A DNA stretch of 64,000 nt from a virus: IMG/VR virus record IMGVR_UViG_3300033149_004116, positions 36,023 to 100,022 of that record, one strand, 5' to 3'. Position numbers and translations under genes: made by a program. Below, one piece after another: positions 1 to 9,296 of the stretch; the first letter of the stretch is position 1, and every line of letters begins with the position of its first letter. Below the pieces are notes generated by a model that searched no databases, was not told the DNA's origin, and saw only the letters and a list, made by a program, of their open reading frames with translations.

Positions 1-1598
1 TGTCCACATTTTTTACAAATAGAGAAGGAAGTTGCAAAATCATAATATGGAATTTTGGTATATTTTGCTATTCTCTCCGTCAACTTGATTAATCCTTCAG
101 GACTAGGATGGCGTTCGCCCAAGTAAACTCTAAATGCAGTTCCTCCAGTAAAGAGTGGCAATAGATCCTCCTCTATATTAATTCTCTCAAAAAGATCAAT
201 AAATCTATTTGATGGAGTAAGCATCGTTGTATAATAAGGACCATCATTATCTCCCTGTGTAATAATGTCTTTATACATACTTCTATCCACAAAAGCAAGC
301 CGCGTTGCCGACCCCTCGCCAGGAGTCATCTCAACATTCCATAGTTTGCCTGTCTCCATTTGCGCCCTTTTAGACCAATTTCTTATATACATCAGAACCT
401 TTTTAACAAAGAGTTTTCCTTCCTCCTCCCAGATTGGATATCCCATAAAATTTAAAACCATTTCGTGTAGCCCAATAACTCCTATAGTTCTGAAGTATCT
501 ATTAAAATCTATATTGTAATTTTTCGTAACTGGCATATATCCCTCATCCAGCATCTCCTGACACCATACATTTTTTAATAGTAATGATTCTTTAGCCTTT
601 TCTAGAAGATAATTTAGTCGCTCAAAGAAGTCCGCTTCATTTTTTGATAAATATCCCAATTTTGCCATATTCAAAGAAACTACTCCAATGCTTCCAGTTG
701 AACCTTGAAATGCCCATCTTCCACCTGCTGGGGGGAGTTCGGTTAAATCTAATCGAAGGCGGCAGCACATAGCTCTCGTACTATTAGCAGATATACCGCT
801 TCCATCGAAGTTCATAAAATAGTAAGATCCATATTTTTCCATCGTTTTCCCAATTTCATACCATAAATCCGTATCAAATTTTGTAGATTTAATTATATTA
901 ATTGTGGGAATTGGGAAGGCAAAAGGATTCTGCTTCCCGTCGCCTTCGAGGAGGATTTCATTAAAAGCTCTCAATATCATCAAACTTTCATCCTCGAAAT
1001 CTTCATAAGTATTGTTTGTGTCAAACCAAGGTGAAAATTCTTTCAGGTTTTCGGGACATTTTGTATTCAACATGATGTTTGAAAACGGGGTCTCATAGCC
1101 CGATCTTGATGGATAGTTCATATCAAAAACAAATCTCTGTATGCTCTGTTTAACATCATCATAGGAAAGACCATCTTTTGCTATAAAGGGAGCTAGTAAT
1201 GTATTAAAATCCCCCGCCGCCTGCGCGCCCGCCCATTCCTGCTGTTGAGTGCAAAGTCTGTTCACAAGTTGATTTAGAGCGGTATCTAAATGTTTGGCTG
1301 GCTTAGAAATTATCCTATCTGTGATAAGTCCTTTATCTAGAAGTTCCAAGAAGTCGATACCACAACAATATGGGATAATTCCATTTGAGAGATCATGGAG
1401 GTGAAAGTAGCCCTCATTATGTAATCTTTTTATTTCTTTGGGATATTTATTTAAAGTATATTTTTTAATTTCCTCTCCTGCTATAAATCCCTTCATCTGT
1501 GAATAAGATTTATTCTGATTGGCATTTTCTTTTATCAACCAATTCTTCTGCCCAAAATATGTGGGGATATATCCTTCATCGCCTATTTGTTCTGTCAT
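1..1598 (-). CDS. nrdD: Anaerobic (class III) ribonucleoside-triphosphate reductase; 3' end runs off the window
   Basis: Absent from the ORF track; translated by hand from ATG at 1598: MTEQIGDEGYIPTYF..KENANQ..HNEGYFHLHDL..PYCCG..PAKHLDTA..QEWAGAQA..ETPFSN..PFAFPIPT..RAMCCRLRLD..GSIGVVSLN..EMTPGEGSATRLA..FTGGT..SICKKCG. These are NrdD motifs. Confidence 0.95.
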   Translation of the reverse strand, partial: MTEQIGDEGYIPTYFGQKNWLIKENANQNKSYSQMKGFIAGEEIKKYTLNKYPKEIKRLHNEGYFHLHDLSNGIIPYCCGIDFLELLDKGLITDRIISKPAKHLDTALNQLVNRLCTQQQEWAGAQAAGDFNTLLAPFIAKDGLSYDDVKQSIQRFVFDMNYPSRSGYETPFSNIMLNTKCPENLKEFSPWFDTNNTYEDFEDESLMILRAFNEILLEGDGKQNPFAFPIPTINIIKSTKFDTDLWYEIGKTMEKYGSYYFMNFDGSGISANSTRAMCCRLRLDLTELPPAGGRWAFQGSTGSIGVVSLNMAKLGYLSKNEADFFERLNYLLEKAKESLLLKNVWCQEMLDEGYMPVTKNYNIDFNRYFRTIGVIGLHEMVLNFMGYPIWEEEGKLFVKKVLMYIRNWSKRAQMETGKLWNVEMTPGEGSATRLAFVDRSMYKDIITQGDNDGPYYTTMLTPSNRFIDLFERINIEEDLLPLFTGGTAFRVYLGERHPSPEGLIKLTERIAKYTKIPYYDFATSFSICKKCG

Positions 1599-1696
1599 AG
1601 ATAACGCCCTTCTTAGGGGCGATATCATATTTAAACTTTTCTAATTAAAAAAATTAAGGGACGATGAACAAACTATTTTTACTTTAAATTGAAGAA

Positions 1697-1894
1697 TTAA
1701 TTTTTAATTTCCTTCCACAGTTTATCAACACTTCTGCCCTCTAAATCTACCAATAAAAATCCATCTACAACATCTGATATGACATGATGAATTTCGCCCC
1801 GTTTGATGTTATAAGATTTAACTATATCTTCTGGAATTGTGATACCTAACGAATCCCCCACTTGGAGAATTTTTCTTTTAAACATTACAGGCAT
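1697..1894 (-). CDS. AbrB/MazE/SpoVT-family DNA-binding protein
   Basis: RKILQVGDSLGITIPEDIVKSYNIKRGE matches the AbrB swapped-hairpin pattern. Confidence 0.85.
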   Translation of the reverse strand: MPVMFKRKILQVGDSLGITIPEDIVKSYNIKRGEIHHVISDVVDGFLLVDLEGRSVDKLWKEIKN

Positions 1895-1989
1895 TTCTCT
1901 CTCCTCATCTTCTCTATTATATTAAGATGAGACATTATTAAAACTTTCTATATTTCATATAAAATTATAATATAAATTATTAATTTGTA

Positions 1990-2005
1990 GAAGGATTTAT
2001 TAATA
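1990..2005 (+). promoter_or_regulatory. Archaeal BRE-TATA promoter, candidate late promoter
   Basis: GAAGGATTTATTAATA lies about 30 nt before the ATG at 2033. Similar AA(A/G)G(A/T)TTTATTA boxes occur at about 3300, 8226 and 52650, each before a virion gene. Confidence 0.6.
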
Positions 2006-2032
2006 AGCACAAGTAAATATAGTTGAAGAAAT

Positions 2033-2338
2033 ATGAAGTTGAGAAACTTCTTAAATAGAATCCGAAAGGATAACCTCATAAAGGATATTAAAAACTTAGA
2101 AGCTACTACTGGAACTATAACCACTCTAACTTCAACGACTGCTACGATCACGACTGGAACTATTACAACTGCCACTCTCACGACCGCTACAGTTGCTACG
2201 GGAACATTTACGGGCAATCTAAACATTCCAGTTACTAACAGTCCAGTTACGGCAACGGGCAGTTTCTATGTTTCTGGCGACGGAAGTTATATGTTTGTTC
2301 GGGTTGCTGGTGCGTGGAAGTCTGGTGCATTAGCTTAA
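2033..2338 (+). CDS. Small Thr-rich putative virion/fibre protein
   Basis: Pentapeptide-like TxT(I/L)T repeats and a fibre-like C-terminal YMFVRVAGAWK; start of the head gene block. Confidence 0.55.
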   Translation: MKLRNFLNRIRKDNLIKDIKNLEATTGTITTLTSTTATITTGTITTATLTTATVATGTFTGNLNIPVTNSPVTATGSFYVSGDGSYMFVRVAGAWKSGALA

Positions 2339-2362
2339 GACCTATATCTGGGGCGATCTAAA

Positions 2363-2758
2363 ATGGGTAGTTACACCTCTGTAAATCTAGTTCGTAGTGC
2401 GACGGGATTAAGTGTTGCAAACGCCCCAAGTTATACGGTCAATTTCGCCATTCAACGTGGCGAAGCGGCGATGAAGAAATACCTCGGAGTTACCCCCGCC
2501 TCAAATAACGTGACTGGAACAAATATGTGGTGTCGAGATGCGGCAACATCCTTCGCGGCTCACTATCTTTTTATGCGCCTCGCCAGTCAGAATGCCCCTG
2601 CCGTTCAATATGCTCGCGGAACAAGGACTGCGGGGGGAGGACAGGGAGGTTCTGCATTTCAAGGATATGGAATAATGGGCGAGAGCTGGTGGAACGATGG
2701 CATTAGAATCTGTGATATGCATGGCAGAGACATAATCATTCAAAGGGTAGAACCATAA
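2363..2758 (+). CDS. Putative head-tail adaptor/connector protein
   Basis: Size, helical pattern (V..ATGL..AIQRGEA..RDAATSFAAHY) and position near the portal. Inference. Confidence 0.5.
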   Translation: MGSYTSVNLVRSATGLSVANAPSYTVNFAIQRGEAAMKKYLGVTPASNNVTGTNMWCRDAATSFAAHYLFMRLASQNAPAVQYARGTRTAGGGQGGSAFQGYGIMGESWWNDGIRICDMHGRDIIIQRVEP

Positions 2759-2810
2759 TTTCTATTTTTTGAGAAACTTTTAATAATCTGTTTAATAATA
2801 TTAATTTATA

Positions 2811-3296
2811 ATGAAAGAAAAATCAAAAGATTTCTTTTTTGAGACGTGGAATATTATTAAAAAATTCGACAAATACAAATCTCTATCTATAGATAAAAAA
2901 TTAAAATTATTATCCATTACGAAATCTTTTTTATATCAATCTCCTTTAATGGATGACAAAACTCCAGAAGATTATTCAAAAATAATAATTTCTAGTAAGG
3001 CATCTTTTCTTTTTAAATCTATAGGGAGGCAAAAAAGAAAAAGAACGAACATCGAATTGAATAAAATTCGTAGAGACAGGCTTCAAAATCTTATTTATAA
3101 TGTGATTCCTCATTATTCGTCTGGATACAATCATATAAATACAATTCGTGCCGATATAAGGGCATCAACGGGTTCTAATATGTTTAGTAGAAGAGAATGT
3201 TCTAGTGTAATAAGATGGATGCTTATTAATGATGATCGCGTTCTCTCCATAACATCACGCGCGGGACTTCCATTTAAATATGCTCGCAGTGGATGA
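2811..3296 (+). CDS. Hypothetical basic protein
   Basis: 161-aa ORF with an upstream TATA-like box. Confidence 0.5.
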   Translation: MKEKSKDFFFETWNIIKKFDKYKSLSIDKKLKLLSITKSFLYQSPLMDDKTPEDYSKIIISSKASFLFKSIGRQKRKRTNIELNKIRRDRLQNLIYNVIPHYSSGYNHINTIRADIRASTGSNMFSRRECSSVIRWMLINDDRVLSITSRAGLPFKYARSG

Positions 3297-3333
3297 TAAG
3301 AAAGATTTATTAGTATCTAATCTAATATATTGA

Positions 3334-4944
3334 ATGATAAGATTGACCAAGTGTAAAGCAATAAAGGCGGATGGAACTCCGTGTAAAGCTCAAGCTATGC
3401 ATGACTCCGAATATTGCTTTTTCCACAGCCCAAAAGTTGGAAATAAACGTTCAACTCTTTCAATAGATTTGGGAAGGGCAGTAATAGCCCAAAAGAGCGG
3501 ATATTCATATGAGAGACTTTTTGGCAAGGGCATTAGAGAGATGCCAAGAAAGGACAAATTGAGAGAATATGAGAAATTTTACGACGAAGGGGGGATAATA
3601 GCAAGAGCAATAGACTCTTATGTTCATGTGGCAATAGCGAATGGATATCAAATTATAGATACTGAAACGGGTGAGAGAGATACACCAAATACAAGAATAG
3701 TTAAAGAATTGGATGAACGTATCAACTTTCATGCTTGTTTTGAAAAAATGTTTCGTTCGACGCTTATTTATGGATTTGTATGGGGGGAGCAGGAAGTTGA
3801 TGCCAATAAAATAAAGAGACTTATTTTCCTTCCCCCATATGAATTAGAAATAGATAGAGTCAAAACTGGGAAAAATGTAGGAATAATAAAATCATTAACA
3901 CAAAAAAGGGGCAAGGATGTCGCTCAATGGAGAGGCAAAGAATTAAAAAACACGTTTTTCATACCAATTAATGTCAAACATTCAGAGCTGTTTGGAAGAG
4001 GTTTGATAGAGAGGATTTACACTCAAGCGGAGGAGAGAAAAACACAAGGAAAAAATCTCGACGCTGTAACGAAATTCATAGCTTATCCTTTTAGAGTTGT
4101 TAAAGTGGGAACCGACGAATTCCCCGCCAGCGAGGATTCTGTTACTAAAGTTGCTGATGCAGTTGAAAAATTAAATCCTGGAGACTGGTTTGCAACTAGA
4201 CACAATATAACATTTGAATTCCACTCTCCTAGAACTCCGGAGGCGTTGACAGAAGTTTATAAGGAAAAAACTCGCCAACTTATTGTAGCTTTGGGGGTTC
4301 CAAGTTTATATACGGCGTTAGAAGATATAGATGCACAAACATTAAAGGAAATAAGAAGTATATTCAATTCTACAGTTAGAAGTCTTCAAACAACCGTCGG
4401 CACCGAATTTGAAAATCAAATAATAAAAAGACAATTTGAACTGTTGGGAAAACTTAAAAAAAGAACGGATAGATGCCCCGTCAAGGTGGTGTGGAATCCT
4501 CTGACAGTTTCAGTTCTTAGTATCCTAGAATTAACACAGTTAGTACAAGCCGGAGTAGTAGGAATTGGGGAGGCAAGGAGGATAATAGAATCTATGGGAT
4601 ATGGAATGTTGAAGGGGGAAGGCAAAGAGATACAAGCTCCTCCTATAAAGAAAAGAAGACCTAAAGAATCTCATCCATCCGAGGAGAAACCAGAAACCCC
4701 TCCTATAAAGCCTCCCGTTCAAGAGCCAGACGTACCTCCAACCAAAAAGCCATCAACACAACCGATTATCAAAAGAAGACAGCCCAACGAACCACAACTA
4801 AACTTTAAAGAGTGGCTTGAAGGAATTAAAGTTCTCAAAGAAATAGATAAACACAGGGCATGGATGATATTGTCTGATACATTAAAAGCGGGATTTAATC
4901 AAGATAAAAAGTCGAACGGAGATGATATAGATGCCGATACATAA
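3334..4944 (+). CDS. Portal protein with N-terminal C3H zinc-finger-like extension and Pro-rich C-terminal tail
   Basis: IIARAID, TLIYGFVWGE, FGRGLIE, ALGVP and GVVGIGEARRI are portal-like motifs; lies upstream of the protease and capsid genes. Confidence 0.85.
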   Translation: MIRLTKCKAIKADGTPCKAQAMHDSEYCFFHSPKVGNKRSTLSIDLGRAVIAQKSGYSYERLFGKGIREMPRKDKLREYEKFYDEGGIIARAIDSYVHVAIANGYQIIDTETGERDTPNTRIVKELDERINFHACFEKMFRSTLIYGFVWGEQEVDANKIKRLIFLPPYELEIDRVKTGKNVGIIKSLTQKRGKDVAQWRGKELKNTFFIPINVKHSELFGRGLIERIYTQAEERKTQGKNLDAVTKFIAYPFRVVKVGTDEFPASEDSVTKVADAVEKLNPGDWFATRHNITFEFHSPRTPEALTEVYKEKTRQLIVALGVPSLYTALEDIDAQTLKEIRSIFNSTVRSLQTTVGTEFENQIIKRQFELLGKLKKRTDRCPVKVVWNPLTVSVLSILELTQLVQAGVVGIGEARRIIESMGYGMLKGEGKEIQAPPIKKRRPKESHPSEEKPETPPIKPPVQEPDVPPTKKPSTQPIIKRRQPNEPQLNFKEWLEGIKVLKEIDKHRAWMILSDTLKAGFNQDKKSNGDDIDADT

Positions 4945-5647
4945 AAGTTGGAGTAGTTTAATTAAAGGACTTAATAGCCAATATTGTGGAAAAAAAGCTG
5001 AAAATGATGTACCAGCGCCTTTTAAATGTAAAAAATCTAGGAGTATATTTTATGCAATAATGAGGAAAAATGGGTGGGATGAAACAAAACGTCGTCCCAC
5101 ATCATCGAAAAATGATGATGACAATTTAATTGTAAAATCAAAAGATTTATTAGACACAAAATATGATTTACAATATGATGATAGTAAAATGAGCGATGTG
5201 GACATGGGCAGATTAACCTATAAAGCCAGACAGAAACTTAAATCCTCTGAGTTCTGTGATCCAGAGAATAAAAGATATCCCGCACATGATGCGGCTCATG
5301 TAAGAAACGGTATCGCGAGAATCAGACAGCATCCGAATGATCCAAAATATAAGAGCATTCTCAAGTGTTTGATTAGAAGAGCTAAAAAGTTCGGTATCAA
5401 AGTTTCAGAAGATGTTAGAAAGAGCGCGCAATTTGAACCTTATCCCGATTCGGATTTCGTGCTAATAAGAGAGAACGGCGACAAATTCTTCCAGATAAGA
5501 AGAAACGGTTTGCTCGACCCTCAAATGCTCCTAGACTCCCTCAAAACCGTCGATTTCGTATGTGAATTGACAGACGATGAGTGGAAGGAAGCAAAAACAA
5601 AACTAATGGATACTGCTCGCCAATACATAGAAGTAATGTATGGGTGA
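4931..5647 (+). CDS. Head-associated protein (DUF6582-like)
   Basis: RQKLKSSEFCDPENKRYPAHDAAHVRNGIARI resembles the DUF6582 motif found in phage head modules. Confidence 0.6.
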   Translation: MPIHKSWSSLIKGLNSQYCGKKAENDVPAPFKCKKSRSIFYAIMRKNGWDETKRRPTSSKNDDDNLIVKSKDLLDTKYDLQYDDSKMSDVDMGRLTYKARQKLKSSEFCDPENKRYPAHDAAHVRNGIARIRQHPNDPKYKSILKCLIRRAKKFGIKVSEDVRKSAQFEPYPDSDFVLIRENGDKFFQIRRNGLLDPQMLLDSLKTVDFVCELTDDEWKEAKTKLMDTARQYIEVMYG

Positions 5648-5652
5648 TTATT

Positions 5653-6918
5653 ATGAATCTTGAACTGTATTCCTATGGAGCCACAATTGAACTCTCTCAA
5701 GAAGAGAAGGAGAAAAACGATCTTCCTCTAATGATTGGCGGAACGTCTGTAAAGGCTGGATATATTGCTTCTAAAAATTTTATAATTCCAGAAAATGAAT
5801 TGGATAATATCGCAAAGACTTTAAAAGAGGGGATAGATGGTGATGGAGCATATCTTTTAATAGATCATGGATATCAAGGAGCGGGCTTCTTGACATTTAA
5901 AAGTGTAGAAAAACTTGTCGGGAAAATTACAGATGCCTTTAAAACCGATAATGAAGTAAAATACGTTGCGAGAGTGGAAGATGAAGATTTGGCAAAGAAG
6001 ATAAGAAGGGGATTGATCTCCAGTTCCTCTGTAGGATTGAGAGTTTTAGATGCTTACTGTAGCATTTGCGGGAGAAAATATGGAGATCCAGAATGCTCAC
6101 ACATCTTGGGGAGAGAATATCCCGAAGAGAAATTAGACGAATCTGTATCACAATATCTTGATGATATGGGAGGAGTTCCCAAAGCCGCCCTCGTCGGTTC
6201 CAATATTTCTGGGATGGAACAGAGCATAGTATTATATCCCGCAATCAAGGGGGCAACAGCCAAGGCATTTGGTGCTGATTTTAGTGAGGAGACTAAAAAA
6301 ATGATTGATGAAATTGAATCGAGGAAAAAAACAGATGAAAATACAGACACCAATCTCGATGCTACCGATTTAATTGAAAAAATAGAAGAAAGACTTCCCA
6401 ACGATTTAGAATACAATTGTGATGAGGATATTGATGAAAAAGAGTTGGATTCAACGGAATTTATAGGAAAGTTATCCAAAATAATAGAAAGTTTTAATAA
6501 GGACTTATTATCCTCTTTAAATAGTGAACAACATATGGATGTGGATAATGATAAACTTGAAGAGATGACGGCATTAATGGAACAGTTAAAAACAGAAAAC
6601 GAGAACATAAAAAATGAACTGGAAACGGCAAAACAGGTAATTGCAAAATACAAAGAGGAGGAGGAAAAGAGACATCAGAAGTGGAGAGAGAACACCGTTT
6701 CTGAACTCGCTTCTCTCAGAAAGGAGAAGGGGCTTCCAGAGAAAGATTATTCAAATCTTTCGGATGACGTTTTAACAAACGAACTCGAACTTCTGAGCAA
6801 TTTGAGTATCAGTGGAACTCATGGAATGGTGGGCAAGGACGCAGATGAAATTGCCAAAGAGGAAAAAGAGAAGGAGAAGGAACTTTGGAGAGAGAGGATA
6901 TTTGGGAGGAAAAGGTGA
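5653..6918 (+). CDS. Prohead protease-scaffold fusion protein
   Basis: LLIDH, SSSVG, CSICG..C.H and EQSIVLYPA protease motifs, then an acidic coiled-coil scaffold region. Start moved to ATG 5653, which follows a GGTGA SD. Confidence 0.8.
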   Translation: MNLELYSYGATIELSQEEKEKNDLPLMIGGTSVKAGYIASKNFIIPENELDNIAKTLKEGIDGDGAYLLIDHGYQGAGFLTFKSVEKLVGKITDAFKTDNEVKYVARVEDEDLAKKIRRGLISSSSVGLRVLDAYCSICGRKYGDPECSHILGREYPEEKLDESVSQYLDDMGGVPKAALVGSNISGMEQSIVLYPAIKGATAKAFGADFSEETKKMIDEIESRKKTDENTDTNLDATDLIEKIEERLPNDLEYNCDEDIDEKELDSTEFIGKLSKIIESFNKDLLSSLNSEQHMDVDNDKLEEMTALMEQLKTENENIKNELETAKQVIAKYKEEEEKRHQKWRENTVSELASLRKEKGLPEKDYSNLSDDVLTNELELLSNLSISGTHGMVGKDADEIAKEEKEKEKELWRERIFGRKR

Positions 6919-6924
6919 TAAAGG

Positions 6925-7296
6925 ATGACACAGATTGAATACGGAGAAGGTAGGGTCTGGAGCTTTGAAGCTTCCGTGAACACGACCAGCGGGGTTGTGG
7001 TTTACATCGACGGCGGAAAGATTCGACCAACTACAGCAGCTTCTCAGAACGTGGTGGGCGTTTCTCTCATTCCTGCAAGCGCTGGAAAGCAGTGTGCGGT
7101 AATCATGGAGGGGATTGTGAAGATTCCCACGACTGGTGTCGGAACCGTTACCGCCGGAGACCTCTTTGGTGGAGGCGCTGGCGGAAAGGCAGCAGAGAGA
7201 GCGTGGTCACAGGATAACGAGAGACGGTATGACTTGGGCTTTGCACTTGAATCGGTAGCACGGAACGCCAGTTGTAAGATTAAGCTAACTTTGTGA
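6925..7296 (+). CDS. Capsid cement/decoration protein (DUF2190-like)
   Basis: Small Gly/Ala-rich beta protein between scaffold and capsid genes (VVGVS..AGKQCAVIMEGIVKI..VTAGD..LGFALE). Confidence 0.75.
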   Translation: MTQIEYGEGRVWSFEASVNTTSGVVVYIDGGKIRPTTAASQNVVGVSLIPASAGKQCAVIMEGIVKIPTTGVGTVTAGDLFGGGAGGKAAERAWSQDNERRYDLGFALESVARNASCKIKLTL

Positions 7297-7307
7297 GGTG
7301 ATATGAA

Positions 7308-8126
7308 ATGACTTTAACAACGGCTGAACAAGCCTTGATTGATGAGGTCGTTTTCGACCAGATTGTAGAATTCATGGAAGACGTGGATGTTAGCAGGCGC
7401 GTTTTCCCTGTAGTTTACAAGAACGAGGGCGATAGCATCAAAATAGTAAAAGAGGGCAGATGGCCAAAGGCAGTAGAGATAGGACAGGGCGCGGAAGTTC
7501 CGATATTCCAACCCACATATAAACAGGTTAGTGAAATTTACAAAAAGATTGGTTACAGGGCGCAGATAACCCACGAAATGATAGAGGATTCAAGATGGGA
7601 TTTGGTCGAGCGAGCGGCTCTAAACGCGGGTCAGCAACTCGGACTGAAGATGTCCATCGACGTTCTTCGAGAGGCGTGGGGAACTGCTGGTGTCCAGACA
7701 TTTACTGTATCTGGTAGATGGGGCGGAGCGAATAGCGACATTATAGGCGATCTTTCAGAATGCATGGGCAAATTGAGAAGTAAAAACTACATTCCCGATC
7801 TACTCGTACTTCATCCAGCAGATTACGCACATCTTGCAACTTTGGACGAGTTCGTTGACAGAAGTAAGGCTCCAGAGGGCAAGGATCTCAGAAGTTATGA
7901 GGTGGGGAGAGTTATGGGCATGGATGTCATAACTACCGCTCAGATGTCTGAGAACAACTTCCTCATGCTGGATACTCGACGTGCTGGAAATCTCTATATC
8001 AGAGAAGACTTGAGACGGGCATCTTATACGGACGTTCCAAGAGATGTTGAGGGACAGGTGTTCTTCATTCGCTACAAGGAAGCTGTAGTTGCCCCCTCGG
8101 CAATAGTATTTGCAACGGGCTATTAG
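7308..8126 (+). CDS. Major capsid protein (HK97 fold)
   Basis: EIGQGAEVP, KKIGYRAQITHEMIEDSRWD, PDLLVLHP, GRVMGMDVI and PSAIV; strong GAGGTGA SD; followed by an oligo-T terminator. Confidence 0.9.
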   Translation: MTLTTAEQALIDEVVFDQIVEFMEDVDVSRRVFPVVYKNEGDSIKIVKEGRWPKAVEIGQGAEVPIFQPTYKQVSEIYKKIGYRAQITHEMIEDSRWDLVERAALNAGQQLGLKMSIDVLREAWGTAGVQTFTVSGRWGGANSDIIGDLSECMGKLRSKNYIPDLLVLHPADYAHLATLDEFVDRSKAPEGKDLRSYEVGRVMGMDVITTAQMSENNFLMLDTRRAGNLYIREDLRRASYTDVPRDVEGQVFFIRYKEAVVAPSAIVFATGY

Positions 8127-8165
8127 TCTCTTCTCTTTTTTTAAATCCTTTCTTTTTTATTTTTA
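8127..8165 (+). terminator. Archaeal oligo-T terminator after the capsid gene
   Basis: TCTCTTCTCTTTTTTT..TTTCTTTTTTATTTT directly after the stop codon. Confidence 0.65.
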
Positions 8166-8266
8166 TATTATAATATCATACTTCTTGTAACATAGTAATA
8201 TAAATAACTTCTTCATACAATTTCAAAGGATTTATTAGATAGAAGTTATTATTTTTAAATGAATCT

Positions 8267-8779
8267 ATGTCATCAATTAATAGAGTCAGATTAGAAGTTA
8301 AAGTATCTACAAAGGATGTCTTATCCAGTCTTAATGATGTCGTTAAAGGCATAAAAAGCGCGGTAGAAGATGAGACTTTGAAGTGGCTTCAGGATTTGAC
8401 TGTTTATGCCCTCAATATCAAACCTTGGAAGGATAGAACTGGTATGTTGAGGGCTGGACATAGAATCGAGCAAAGAGAGGGCGGATGGCAATTGGCGGTG
8501 AATCCAGAAAATGTTGGAGCATCATATAACTACGGTCCAATTCTTGAATTTGGATGGGGGAGTTTGTCAAGAGCTTTCCCTTGGATTGGTCCAGCATATG
8601 ATGCGATGGAACCTCAATTGGATGGAAGGATAAGAAGTCGGATAAATGATGTCATTAGAGGTTCGGTTATAACGACAACTCATGTAATTAAAGGAAAAAC
8701 AAGAACGGTTCGGAGATGGGGCGCTGGAACGGTAATAGGTGGAAAGAGAGTTGGCGGAAGATTTGCACCAAAAGTATAG
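8267..8779 (+). CDS. HK97 gp10-like neck/tail-completion protein
   Basis: PWKDRTGMLRAG, YGPILEFG and FPWIGPAY motifs. Confidence 0.75.
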   Translation: MSSINRVRLEVKVSTKDVLSSLNDVVKGIKSAVEDETLKWLQDLTVYALNIKPWKDRTGMLRAGHRIEQREGGWQLAVNPENVGASYNYGPILEFGWGSLSRAFPWIGPAYDAMEPQLDGRIRSRINDVIRGSVITTTHVIKGKTRTVRRWGAGTVIGGKRVGGRFAPKV

Positions 8780-8822
8780 ATAAATTTATATACTTCGTTG
8801 AATAATAATGGATGGGAGATAA

Positions 8823-9296
8823 ATGCCTACGACGACGAGCGCGATGAACGCTTTTATTAATGCTCTTCGAGTGAATTGTTCTGACTATAATCGAAAGGAT
8901 ATAGATAATAACTCCATCGGAGCGAGAGCTTCTAAATCTTATTGGATTGCTGAAGGTTGGATAAGCGATAGATGGGAGAGTTATGGACTCCCACAAATAG
9001 GGGTATTTTCTATTGGAGGAGGGGTAATTTCTGAGGGGGATTTGGGAGAGAGATACGAGCAGCAGAGAATTCTGGTCGATATTTTTACTTCTGGTATCAA
9101 TCAGAGAAAAGATTTAACCGAACAAGTCAAAAACGCTCTCCTCCTCAAAGATCGGAGGAATAGTTTAAACGATTCTGGCGTTAAGATAGATCGCCTCCTC
9201 TCTGATATTGATATAGTCGCAGATGATATAATTCCTCAAGACGTTTATAGGAGACAACTGGTTTTTGGTATAATCTATAAGGCAAGTGGAACTTGA
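8823..9296 (+). CDS. Putative tail terminator protein
   Basis: LPQIGV, ILVDIF..R..L.EQVKNAL and YRRQL pattern; follows the gp10-like gene. Confidence 0.6.
   Translation: MPTTTSAMNAFINALRVNCSDYNRKDIDNNSIGARASKSYWIAEGWISDRWESYGLPQIGVFSIGGGVISEGDLGERYEQQRILVDIFTSGINQRKDLTEQVKNALLLKDRRNSLNDSGVKIDRLLSDIDIVADDIIPQDVYRRQLVFGIIYKASGT

Noticed and set aside
265-519. Listed + strand ORF and the many other short ORFs antisense to long genes (e.g. 1948-2226, 6054-6653, 15112-15579)
   Set aside because: They are shadows of well-supported genes on the opposite strand.
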